From NCBI RefSeq assembly GCF_964204645.1, contig NC_134029.1:4650001-4714000 (forward strand): a DNA stretch of 64,000 nucleotides, written 5' to 3'. A program made the translations under genes and the position numbers. The notes below the pieces were generated by a model. It saw nothing but the letters and a program-made list of their open reading frames with translations, was not told where the DNA came from and did not search any database. Positions 1 through 11,949 of this stretch are shown one piece after another (position 1 is the stretch's first letter; the number at the start of each line of letters is the position of its first letter). Source of the stretch: Tubulanus polymorphus. Lineage: Eukaryota; Animalia; Nemertea.

Positions 1-37
1 CTTCTAATCCAGTGCTGTATTACGGGGAACTGGCAAA

Positions 38-99
38 GCTACTGTGGCAATCGAGGATTCGGCACTAATGGCAAGCGAGGATCCGCCAGGTGCGCTAGT
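38..99 (+). mobile_element. Dispersed repeat family A, copy 1; Helitron-like 3' end (TGGCAA.CGAGGAT.C x2 then GCCAGGTGCGCTAGT)
   Basis: Near-identical sequence recurs at 17704-17741 (-), 40711-40775 (+) and 48454-48494 (+). Copies 1-3 end in CTAG followed by T after an imperfect subterminal palindrome. The Helitron assignment is inference from the CTAG-T end. Confidence 0.55.
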
Positions 100-1247
100 A
101 GTCACTCGGCCTTCCGGGTTGAATTTTTTCCTCATCTCAGTTGAATTTGCTTTTCTATAAATCGATAAATCAATTATTAATGAAAACGATCACTGGGTAG
201 AAAAATTCAATGTTTGATTTGGGCCCTGAAACAATTTGATTCGCGAGCCTAAAATTCAGTTCAAAGTTAATTGATTGTAAACAATAAATGAACTGAATTT
301 TGCATAAGGCTGAGTGCTAGTCCCGCAATCTGGTGAGGTAGCTGGTGTTGTAGTTCCCCGTTGCCGTTCGTATATCAGATCAACCTGCAGAGCATCATTC
401 TTGAAAAAGCCTATAATCGTCGATGCCGTGTCGTTTCTTGCCGAAAGTGACATTTACCAAAGCAAAAACTTTCGAAAACTGATAACATGATACACGAAGC
501 AGAAAATTAAACGGAGCCAGCAAATATCGGGGGATCTTTAACCGAATTTCGCGAAAGGTTTTAAGTCAACAATTTGGTATCATAGGTATTCCCTATCTGC
601 TCGTGTCCTCGTGACTTTATGAAGCTGCTCATTGAAAAAAACGCTTCTTCGCTTTGTCGCCCTAATCCATCCATCGTAGGACAAAAAAATGAACCGACTT
701 CGGCTTTATTTCCCTGGCTGCTACTCGATGCCGCCGCGGAGCAACCCGCCGCATAGACTTGTCAAAACTCCGCTCACGCATTCTCATACAGTAACCGCTT
801 ACAGTCGACATGCAGACATTTGCGGCGTTTATTCGCTCAATTGACGCCGCGCATGAAATTCTAATTTTTGATATTCGATCCGACGCGGTCCCTACGCGCC
901 GGGGAAGTTTTCCCACATTGTCAGTCATTATGCAAATTCAATCAGGTATACGGCGCGATTGTCATTCTCGACGCGGCGCGCTCCGCAGCTGGTTCAGACG
1001 CGCCTCGTGAAATTATTACCCGTGCGCGAAAATTGAAACGATAAAACTTCGCTAACAAACTTACAAGATATTTTCCTCCCGCAACGCCTAGAATCAGATC
1101 ATCGCATATTTCATATATCTATTGTATATCCCTACGTATATATAGTTGTGTTTCTATAGCCTAGGGACAGCCAACGACTGATCCAATTTGCGTTACTGAC
1201 AGCAAGTCTGAAAGGTTTTTCTGACGTGAGATTTTATCCAATTTCCT

Positions 1248-1275
1248 AACGTTTCGCTGGCACTATTGTGTCAGC
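1248..1275 (-). other. Decayed minimal hammerhead-like motif (stem II + GAAACGTT)
   Basis: Minus strand GCTGACAC-AATA-GTGCCAGC-GAAACGTT (7/8 bp stem). The CUGANGA core is not recognisable upstream. Confidence 0.3.
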
Positions 1276-2513
1276 AATTCCGAATCTCGACGACTGCGCG
1301 AACTTCCCTCGACTTATCTATTGCGACTTTGATATGTAACTGATTATCGGCGATAAAGAGTATGAAATTATGACGAATTCTGCGTCGCCGAGAATCAGAG
1401 GATTTCAGTAATCGCCAATGAATTTATAGATCGAAAGAGACGGACAACTTTTTCTTTCTTCAGCCTTTTTTATTTCGCCGATGTATAAAGAAAAGCGACC
1501 AGGGTTCACGTATCCGGTTCACGAGAAAGTTAAACTCACATTTATTTGTTATATACTTTTTTATGTTTTCAAATGAGGTCAAAAATTCTAACCGTAACTT
1601 ATAACTAAACCGTTTTAATCCTACAACCTTTTCACGAAATTGGAACTCGAATGATTTTTGTTTCACTTATTAAACACATTTTTTTTCCGATTTTGTTTTT
1701 AGTTTTACTTTGAAATCCTTAATATTCACATCTATTTCCTAAGCTGCACGATCTATTTTCCTATATAGACGATGGACTATCGGTTTTCCACCCACTTCGT
1801 GCTGTTTCTTTGCTCAATGAGTATTAAACCTGAAAATGGACGGTTCCACGATGATATATTTATGCCGTAATCAATCCTTGTGATAATCCAGTATCAGATT
1901 ATATCAGATTGTATATCTTGATAAAATTAATCGGGTATTAACGACACAACCGACGAATTCGTCAGGTAAAAACCAACATAATATGATATTCTTGTTTGCA
2001 ATATTTACAAGTAAACTTTAAAGCACGCGAAGAAGTTTCTTTGCGATAAGACGAATCTTTATGATACAAGCGCGGTTAGATATCTCGTAATGTCACTTCA
2101 ACCTCAACGGTTCATGTTTTCAGTAATCTGTCTTGCCCGGAATAGAATTCTATATACATATTAATCTAAAAGGTGAATATAGAAATTCTCTAATTATGTT
2201 CATTAAAATCTCCGCAGTTATCACTCGAGTCGACTCGAATCGTTCTATTGTATTGTATAACAGTAACGGATCGTTTTCCCGCCGGCGGTTTAACATTCTA
2301 TAGCCGTTAGATTAGTCAAAACTCTAAAAAAAACCCTCGCAAGCCTGCCGTTCTACAATAGAAGGTATACAAGAGAAGAAAAGTTGATGAGATCTCCCTC
2401 GTTGAACCAGGTCTCTTAAACATTATGGTTTCCTTTCGGTTTCAATTTAGAAATTGAGTTTTTATGACTCACGTCCAATTAGCGTAAAACGCCCTGAATT
2501 TCTGGCGAACGTA

Positions 2514-2545
2514 CAACAACAGCAGCAGCAGCAGTAGCAGCAGCA
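2514..2545. repeat. (CAA/CAG)n trinucleotide microsatellite
   Basis: caacaacagcagcagcagcagtagcagcagca read directly; it contains an in-frame TAG. Confidence 0.85.
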
Positions 2546-2856
2546 AACAGTGAAATAATCATCCGTTTGAATTTACTATTGCTCGGCTAATTTACTACAT
2601 TTGCTAATTACACACAGCGGTATGTTAGACCGTTGTTCGTCAATTTCCGTCGAATTGCGGCGTGGATTAACTTCAATTAAAACTATTAATTAAACTACAA
2701 ACGCGATGACAGACAGTGGTGAATTCAGACAGAGACAGTTGTAGAACTAGAATTTAGAGAGATGTCCCTGCAGTCATGATGATTTTGGTGATTCTCGGCG
2801 AATACGAAAATATGGTAATATAAGGTGAAATTCTACGATACGATTATATTTCCATC

Positions 2857-2888
2857 GATGTTTCGACTATATCCCAACAGTCATCAGG
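2857..2888 (-). other. Decayed minimal hammerhead ribozyme motif (Penelope-like element type)
   Basis: Minus strand CCTGATGACTGTTGGGATATAGTCGAAACATC: CTGATGA core, GACTGT/ATAGTC stem, GAAAC. Core and stem share the GA, implying a small deletion. Confidence 0.45.
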
Positions 2889-2910
2889 AATTAGGATATA
2901 AAGCCGCCGG

Positions 2911-3125
2911 TGACTGGTCTCGTCAATCCCAAGGTTCATGGGTTCGAATCCAGGATGGGACAGAGTTTCTCGGTCGAAGGTTCTTCTCTGGTCTCTACCC
3001 AATTGGGGAAAAGAAATATCGAACCCGCTGATAATGTCCTGCGTGGCACTAATGGTATAAAAAGGGATATAGTCGATGTATAGAAAAGTTTTTGAGAGAT
3101 CGTAAGCGTTCGTTAAGAATTTCTT
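2911..3125 (+). mobile_element. 5'-truncated tRNA-derived SINE-like element
   Basis: ACTGGTCTCGTCAATCCCAAGGTTCATGGGTTCGAATCC resembles a tRNA anticodon/variable/T arm with B box GGTTCGAATCC but cannot form a cloverleaf. A second copy of the head lies at 42875-42910. The 3' boundary is approximate. Confidence 0.5.
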
Positions 3126-4327
3126 TTATCTCAAACCAAATGTTTATGAATATGGTAAAATATTATGATTATGATGTATTTCATTAGATATCATATACCT
3201 TGTCATGATCAGCATCATGTTCAGGGTTCGAACCCAAACTATTTATGCATAGTTTGAAAAGTTCGCATACGTCCAATAAGACTTAATTTTTTCATCACAA
3301 ACCGAATTGATAAAAAGATATCCCTTTTTAGTTCTTGAACCGTATCAAGTATCGCTACGAAAGCGTGACTTCAATTTCCGAGTGTTTCTTTTAAATAAAC
3401 TAAAATCTGGCTGAAACGGCGACTGGCGCGTTGTTAATGTTTTTAGACGATTAACAATTTGAAACCTCGTTCGTGTTTGCGCCGTTACGCACATTCTATA
3501 CCCGCATCCGCTGTCACCTCGAATTCAGTAAATTACGGCAGTCACTTTCGAAAATTTGACGTTTCGAATTATACGAAATTTCACGCCCGAGCTAACGCGC
3601 TGATGGAGCCGTAATAAAGTCGGTACGTTTTCGTCGTAAACTAACGGAATTTACGACGGCGACGACTCCGCGAAGTCTGGCCGTCAAATAGGCCTAACCC
3701 GGCGTGCATCCTGCGACTACGACAGCGATAGCGATTAACTACATTTTGATAGGCTACAGTTTAATATCTTTCGACCATTAACTTCGCTTCACGTTAATCG
3801 AAAAGCACCATCTGTCGACCAATTACTGTATCATTTATATCAATTGTAAACCACTCATTCACATTTGACAACGACATAATTCGATAGTAGCTCGCGTACG
3901 GCATCGATTCGTACTGGTCGCTCTGTGTTTTCTGCCCGGATGGTCACTACCCGTAATAAGCTATATAGATCTGACTAAATTTCACATGCATCTGAAAGAG
4001 CAAGCAATGAGACGTTTTCCCTGGCGTTGATAAGTCGCCAGTAATTGGTTTCTATTCGCCGGGATTAATCTATCACATGACGTGCGAGTCTTCCGGTGTG
4101 AGTCGCTTTGTGTCATATACTCACCTGCCAGGTTCGGTGTCGGCAACTCGACCACCTTCACCCACAAAGCAGCTGGCGCTAACTTACTATAAAGACCCGC
4201 GTCTGCGAGGCTGTACTCCCAACATCAAACATCTCTGCCTAGGTTACCTAAGTTCAGCTCGGAGTCCCTAAGCGACATATTAATCTACGTCCCGGAGATG
4301 TATCCACGGTGCTCATACGACCTGAAT

Positions 4328-4379
4328 ACCTAACCTTGGAGTAATCATTTGATTTCAAATGATTACTCCAAGACCTAAC
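4328..4379. mobile_element. 38-bp perfect palindrome flanked by 7-bp direct repeat ACCTAAC; probable P-superfamily transposon excision footprint
   Basis: ACCTAAC|CTTGGAGTAATCATTTGA-TT-TCAAATGATTACTCCAAG|ACCTAAC, with perfect 18-bp inverted arms at 4335-4352 and 4355-4372. Confidence 0.7.
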
Positions 4380-5494
4380 TGCGGTACACTGATGATAAGT
4401 TTATTGGTGAGACCCCACCCAGATAGCTTAAGAACTTTTCGTTCGGCGAAATACTATACACCAGTCTCATACTACGTGATAAGCTGTCCAAGATAATATT
4501 CAGCTATATGTATATATGTATCGACCATACACACAATTCCACGACGGCGATATGATTGCTGTATCACAGATTTCTAAGCCTATTTCGGCGTTTGTTTCAG
4601 TCGAGAGACGTCTTGCATAACACGTTAGCAGATATACGCGGCGCGTATAGTGAGCGGGGGTTAGGTCATCCTGATTGGTATTCAATACAATACCTCTGTT
4701 TGATTAGACACGGACTAATTTTCCACTCGTAAGAAGAAGTCGCAAGAAACAGAAAAAATGCGGCGTCAGATCAGATTTAACCCTTTCCTAGCGAGAGGCA
4801 AGAGTTTGGATGTGAGGTGCATGTTATCAACATTTGGCGTAGACTTTCTTTCTGTTTCCTCTCGAATTGAGTTTTGTAAATCCGACAATGACATCTGACT
4901 GATGGGGCTAATCTAAATTCATATATACTTCGAGATTTTGGAAATAACTATACTTCAAGGTTGATATTCATTTTGTCTATTAACAAACATACTATATTTT
5001 GCTACTAAATCAATTACGTAATGCTTTTTCTGCCCCTCCCGCCGTGGCAAGGTTCCGATGGTTCATAGAGAAATACAGATTTTCCGGTTTCTCGAAGCTG
5101 TCTGTGTGATGATTTGCTTGGATACCGGTACACAGATACGCAGTACGGTGTATTATACCCTGCTACCTTCAGCTAGCGTCGGTGTCGCGCTGTTAATCCG
5201 TTTATTTATGACGTATCGGCTGAAATTAGATCAAATCGTGCCGTGGCTTTTCCTCGTTTTCCCGCGAGTCCAATTTATCATTTACAACGTCGTTTTAATG
5301 TAGATTTGTTTATTGAACAACAATAGCGTGACGATCCCTTCTGAAATCTACCCCCGTTCAGCGAGATTTTCAGATTTGTAGATTTGATGTACGTGTGGCT
5401 ACCACGTGGCCTGCACCATCTGCCCGTTAGAAACCGAAGAAACTCAGGTCCACAGTCCAAAGAGTTTTTGATACCTGAGTTTGTACCTGTTTGG

Positions 5495-5676
5495 CACGGG
5501 TCAAATTATTTCGTGTGAATGCTATGGTTCTGGAAATGACTCACCTCGCTTGCCATTGCATCGTTTTAATAGCATTTCAGTAACGAGCGGCTGAATGCGC
5601 TCTATAGGTAATCACAAAGTAAGTAATCAAATTAGACTCGGTTCTGGTCTGGTCCAGTTTGACCCGGGCCAAATCG
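5495..5676 (-). mobile_element. Fragments of MITE family B
   Basis: The reverse complement of 5495-5522 matches 59090-59117 at 25/28. The reverse complement of 5651-5676 (CGATTTGGCCCGGGTCAAACTGGACC) matches 49784-49809. Confidence 0.6.
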
Positions 5677-6880
5677 CAGCTATTTTGTTCTCGACTCGAT
5701 AATAAGGGATGGGGTTGAATTTGGGAAGTTTCTGTCGTATGAAGTCATCAACAAAATGATTGTGTTTTAATCGAATCAAGCTCTTAACTTCAGAGTAACC
5801 GTAATAGTGGCTCCTGCTGTTCAACGAATTCAACGATAAGTCTTTTTGAATAAGTTTATTTTCTATGGCAATTCCTCACAACCGATCATCGGAATATAAG
5901 AATATTCTTTAGTTCGAATATAATCAGCGAAAGTGCCAATCACAGAGGTAATCTGTGTCTGGTGACCATAATCAGTGTCCGTTAACAACAGCACATCATA
6001 GTACACCTGTCTCGTAATCGTATCCTACCACATAGAATACATATCCACCACCGCCCTCATTGAATCTAATGATGACTTTTACAATTGGTTTTATATTCAT
6101 GGCGACGATAGACACCGCAATTCGCCGGAAGAAACTGGCAACTGGCGTAAATGCGCGCATTGATTGCGGGGTGATGCTATTTTTCTACTCGGTATATTAC
6201 ATCGCCTTAAGTCAGATCCACAGTCGAACAAGATACAATAAACAGCGCTGTGAAAGTTGAATAGAAAGTGGAATTATGTTCGGATTGCGCGGATCTCTTG
6301 ATTGTAATAATAAGTCGTTTTAGTGTTAATACAAAACCACAGCGAGAAAACGAATACGAATATGGAGCTCATCGCCGTCTCGGGAAACAACAAGACCAAG
6401 AACCTGACTCTAATCAGTTAGATTTACCATAAATCCATCGGGTTAAAACCGGCAAAATATGAAACAATTGTTTACGTAGGTGGAGGAAGATATGACTTTG
6501 ATTGGACCTGATTCGGGTACTGAGTCGTCTTGTAACCTCCTGCTTGCAGTAGACTGGTTTCTAGTCACATAAACTGGTTTCCGTTCTCGGGGATATTCGT
6601 CCTCGATCGCCGAGGGTCGTCGTTAGTTCTTTCGTGATCCCGAGACTGTTATGCGTTACTCATTTGATCAACATGGCAGTGATATGACTATGTCCAACGC
6701 TGGATTTACACATTCGAAAACATGTTTCGTGTGGCACCTGAAAGAAAACCACCTCGGTCAATACGACTCTCAGCTTGGTGCTTTTTTCAATATTGAAAAT
6801 CCTTTAAATCACGTATCCGTTATCAAGACATGAAACACCACAATTGTAAATTGACTGAAATGATTAATCAGGAATGTGCA

Positions 6881-6914
6881 GATGTTTCGGGTGATTACAG
6901 CTACCCTTCGTCTG
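6881..6914 (-). other. Decayed minimal hammerhead ribozyme motif
   Basis: Minus strand CAGACGA-A-GGGT(AGCTGTAATC)ACCC-GAAACATC; the core has one substitution relative to CTGACGA. Confidence 0.45.
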
Positions 6915-9900
6915 TCTTTCGAATGATATGTAATATGTTAACACATTCCATGTGTAGAGTGGGCAATATAACGACCTGATAACGTTTAGATTCACGCATA
7001 TGTCGTATCACATTGTGCTTTGTGCTTGGGGTTAGCTTGTAGAAATAGAATTATCTTAATACAGCTAAGTTTCATTATTAGTTATTCCATGTTCGTTATC
7101 GTTCGTTATGACAGAAATTACAATACATTTCCGCTGTCATAAAACCGAGTTATGAGTTACAATATTTAAGTTGCTTTCTGATGAAGTGCGTTTTGTTCTC
7201 GAATGACCCCTCATTCTTGTTGTGACTGGGGTTTATTGACATTTTTCGACCTCCCGGCAAAGTTTCACAATAATACCATCAGTAAATACAATATGAAATG
7301 CGCTGTTCTCACCGACCGAGTTCTCCTGACACAAAGACATTTAAGCGGAGTGCATTGAAGGCATTGTTCCGTCGCCTCTCAGAACTGATGCTCTCGGTAC
7401 AATGTCCTGTTCTGTCTCGACTCTTGTCACTGAAATTCATTCTAGTCATTTATCAAACGCGGGTTTTAGTTTTCTGTGATCAGAGGCAGGTTTTATTGTA
7501 TGGTCGTTACCGATCGCGGTGCTGGTGGTGACTCAACGCGTACATCAGTATAACAGTCGCGGATGCAAGCATTGGTGCCAGAACAGGGGCTATGCAGCAA
7601 TAACAATATAATATTAGACTTTCCCCAGGCCATAAGATGCTTAATAAATTCTTGATGTGCCATAAATTTTCAGTCACGTACCCGGGAATCGGGTCTACGA
7701 CGCATTATTAAGGGGCTTTTTGTAGTTATGTCCAATGTGAAGGTATATCGTATAGCTAGTGATGACACAGCGTTTGCTAGAGACAGAGACAGAGACGGAA
7801 TTTATTCAATTAAATCTGCCACGTCATTACGATTCGGGAATATCGTTATTTTGATCTACAGACCGCATTAATCGAGGTAATTTGACCGCGTATACATTTA
7901 ATAATAATGCGCTACTTTGAAATGGTCTTTTCGTGCGCGCGCTTTCGGTGTATATGAACGTAAAAAAAAACACGGGTCTTTCGAAGCATGCCTCCATTGA
8001 TGTTACGTTTCATATGGGGTAACTGGCAAAACCGATGAAAGATCTCGTTTCTCGGGAACGGCACGGTTCTGTTATGTGGCTTAAAAAAAACGAGTGAATG
8101 TACGATTCTTCTAATGTATGGTAATAAAACAATGCGAGTAACGGGTCCTCAATATGAAAGGAGATAGGTGTGGGGATTTGGGGGTTGTTCATTCTTTGAT
8201 AATCGCAGTGAGTTGGCCAACAGTCCTGGGTTAGATGTATCTGCCCCGATTTTAGTTAGGCTTATGGTGTATAAAGTACAAATCTCAGGACTTGGCCTTG
8301 TATTACATGAAATCGTACGAGTTACTTCGTTTGTTGATATATTCCTGCAATACGACGTTAGTCCATTTTCAATTTTAGTTTTTGGTCAAATCAAACGTGT
8401 GACTGCGGAATTGGCTGCTGGTTTTCGGGTTATCGTGCAAATATTACCGTCGAACTAAAATGTGTTCGTTTCGTCGATAAATCGAAAATTGGCTTTAACC
8501 AGCTTTACTCGGATGACATCGTAGAGCGATACCACGAGAGGTTTTTACTCCGCGTGACGAACTTTTATATCAAATAGGGATAAAATTATCTACGTTCAAA
8601 ATCTTCCACTTTACGACAGTTTTTCGCGCAGCGCGACCTGATTTCGGTCGAGATTGCGTCGAAGCGAATATTCTACTATTCAAATTAAAAATCCCCGTCG
8701 CGTCAAACTCTGACGGATTACAGCGAAATCCGTATTTAAATTGCCTGGATTTTTATTTCGGAAATTATTTTCCAATCCGTCGCCGCGCGATGCGCTCGAT
8801 AAAAAATCAATAACCGGTCGTTATCATCGATCGATAGTGTCACTAGTGCCCATGATTCGCCGTAGGCTGTAGAAATAGATTACTATGTAATTAGGTAGCT
8901 GCACCCATGGGATCCAGCATCCAGCCTAAGTATAATGTATTATCCGTTGAACTATGAGGTCCAATACGTCGTAGTTTCAAGGATATACGAGCGTATGTAC
9001 ACACAAAACTGTCATCCGTCTTAAATGTAACTGACAGCATCTTAGGCCGTCATTTCACGAGCCGTCGCCTTCTACTAAACACAATGTAACATTCGTCTCC
9101 ATCCTCCCGCGTGCTGCTGGATGCTGCAGCGGCTCCAGTGAACGCTAATGCATTTTGCGTGTTTGACTGTAATCGTTTTTCGTAATGTAATAATGACAAT
9201 TCTAGTAGCTGTTCGCCGACATGCTGGATCAGTGTGACTCGGCACTGTCTTGGCACCATTCTCCGCAACTCTCGACACTGTAGTATCGAGATACCGGGAT
9301 GTTTTGCTTGTCATCGGAGACAGCTTGAATCTTTTTCGATGTGCTGCCTGAAATCGGCGCAAAAATCGTTACTATCTCGTTCAGAATTTGTATCTGGTTT
9401 GAGCGGTTGCGGTTAAGTTGTAGGGCTTACGTACATTTTACTTTTTTACTGGTATTCAGGAAACATTTTCATTAATTTCCATCAGTAACTATTGGAATCT
9501 TATTTCAGCCAAACAGTCAAACAGTTTATGTGCTTTTTTCCTGGTAAAAAATGAACCTAGTTGCGATGTGTGTATTTTGTTAGAAACTTCCAGTCAATTT
9601 AGTCTATAGCCCCCACCGTTCTAGAATCTTTCCCAATTCATGCCCCGGACCGACGCTTTTAAGCTTTTTAGTCAAACCCTCTCTTCTTATCTTGTGTTCT
9701 TGCTCAATCTACCAAACGTTGATGGTCACGATAAATACATTACGATAAAACATAAATGATACTCTAACTTTCTAATGATAAACACTCTAAGAATGAAGGG
9801 CTCTACAGTAGAGGGGTTCTTCAGCTTGCCTCCCGGGAGAAGCCTTAAAGTTCTATCAAAGAACTCAAGTTAGGACTACCACCGAGCCATAAGACCTCTT

Positions 9901-10910
9901 ACGACGGCCATCGGGAGCCCTTTCTTCGTTACTGCTGCTGCTGCAACAATTTTGCAGCATAAACACGACACAAACGGTCGAAGCGACGATGATGAATGGG
10001 TTTCAATAAAAACTCGCGACCATAAAATCCAGTACGAGGTTGGCGCGCTGCATGATGAATGGAATTATGTATGCATGAAATTGTAGAGACACTTTGCGAG
10101 TTGAGGAGTAAAGATACAACAGGGGAATAATCCATCAGGTCACGTGATATTACTCACTGTCGATATTTTGTCTCTGTGTCGTACTCGCGCGGGGATTTCC
10201 GCGGGTCTAAGTTTGCGTAATTTTTGTCCCGTCACGAGACAAAGATGTTTGCAGTTTGCTCGATGAATGAGGCCCCGGTTGGGATCACATGTCAACGTTA
10301 CTAAAACGCTTTTTTTTACATTAAAAGCATCTTCTGAATATCGCGAGAGTGCGGTCCCTTCATTCGCTAAAGGGAGTTGTATTGGACGTCATGGGCTATA
10401 AAAACTGTTGTCTTCATTGGTTTATAACGAATGGATGATGATACAATTTCACCGAAAACATAATTGTCGGATTGATTGTAAAACTGGCCATTGAGCGGTT
10501 TTGGACACGATCAAGATCATTCATTTTTCTTTGTGATCATGTATACACAATTATCCACTTTATTCTCAAATATTTATTGTCTCATCTCATTTTAGATCTA
10601 AAGTATACGATACGATATGCCAATGGTGAAAACTTCAGAAAAAAGAATTATGTAAGTAGACATTACTATAGTGCGCCCTTTGAATGTTAATGTATTCCCT
10701 TTTTAGTGAAGTAATGTATGCACTGGTTCTTAAGATATTTCATGTCGAAACTGATAATTTTCGAGTCAATTTATTCGTGTATTCCGGCTCAATGTTGTCC
10801 CTGGCACGCGAGGGTTCAGCGTCACGCGCTTAGAAAAACAAAACTTTCACCTGTTATTGAACACGGGTGCGCGTCGTCGTTAACAATTTACGGGTAATAT
10901 TTGAGAATAA

Positions 10911-10983
10911 ACTAGAATGATGGATGATCGTTGTTATCAGCAACCGAGCATCCCCAGCATCCAGCCGGCATCCCTCGGCATCC
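10911..10983 (-). mobile_element. Helitron-like 3' terminus (hairpin + CTAG-T) with adjacent GCATCC repeats
   Basis: Hairpin GGATGATCGTTGTT / AGCAACCGAGCATCC (10922-10953, about 12 paired positions) lies 6 nt from CTAG (10912-10915), followed by T on the minus strand. Four GCATCC units occur at 10948-10983. Confidence 0.5.
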
Positions 10984-11933
10984 ATTCCATCATCGGAGTC
11001 TTTTCCTGTGCGATATCCATCAAAATTCACTGCTTAGCTATCTTTGCGATTAATGGCCGAACCCATAATTCACGTTAGAAGACGCAGGAAACTAACGCTC
11101 TGATATTAAAGCCGAAATGAATTCCAAATGTGTTGCACGATAGGACTGATATCCGCTACCGGAAGAAATGGTATTTTCTTTCTGGAGACTCTGAGTGCGC
11201 GTAAGCATTCTTCAGATGGAAGCTGGTGGCTGTGTGTAGCGATGTTACGTAATTACACATCGTATTAGATTAATTGTTTTCTTCATCGTCGAGATAAGAG
11301 CATTTGAAACGATGCCGTGATTTAATGGTATTGTATATGCGAGGATAAATGCTGGTAGATATGTAAGAGAGAACGGGTAATGTCACATTTTTAACTCTTT
11401 TGGCGCTGATTACGACCAGTAGTTGCCCGTGAAGTTGGTTAAGAGGATATCGACGACATCTGGTTGGTCAGTTGGTTTCATTTGTCGTCATCGCTTTCGC
11501 TGTTGAAACGAAATGAAGTCGCCATTTTCTTAAGCAATGCATATTCATGCTTGTAGTTCATGCTCCGTGATGGAGTTTGACAATTTCAGCTTTCCCGTGT
11601 GTACACGCTGCTCTTACACAGTCTACTGATAATGCAACTGAAAAAAGGAAATGATATATTTAAATTTAATAGCATCTCTTCATGCTTTCAGTATACGACG
11701 GTGTGTGCAATATGCTGTATGACGTCACACGTTGGAATCACTCTCTTGAGGTGTGTCATGTCAATTCGCACACGGTATCACCAATTCTCTATTGGTGCCG
11801 AATAGATTGAACTCCATTATTTTAATGGCGGAATTATTCCGTTACGCCGAACGGGTTTAATCCAAGGTAACTGAACCATCTCAAGGTTGCTGTTGTTTAA
11901 GGAAAAAATGTCGTTTTCGAAGCGCCGAGGCGT

Positions 11934-11949
11934 AAAAATAAAATAAAAA
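11934..11949 (-). terminator. RNA polymerase III oligo-T terminator of tRNA-Arg
   Basis: TTTTTATTTTATTTTT immediately after the discriminator base on the minus strand. Confidence 0.85.

Noticed and set aside
2514-2545. Poly-glutamine coding tract
   Set aside because: In-frame TAG within the repeat and no exon context.
3224-3235. Isolated B-box-like GGGTTCGAACCC (also ~46838)
   Set aside because: No A box or cloverleaf; at most SINE debris.
4117-4128. Strong minus-strand donor CAG|GTGAGT (also GAG|GTGAGT near 5539-5548)
   Set aside because: No matching acceptor or coding frame found.
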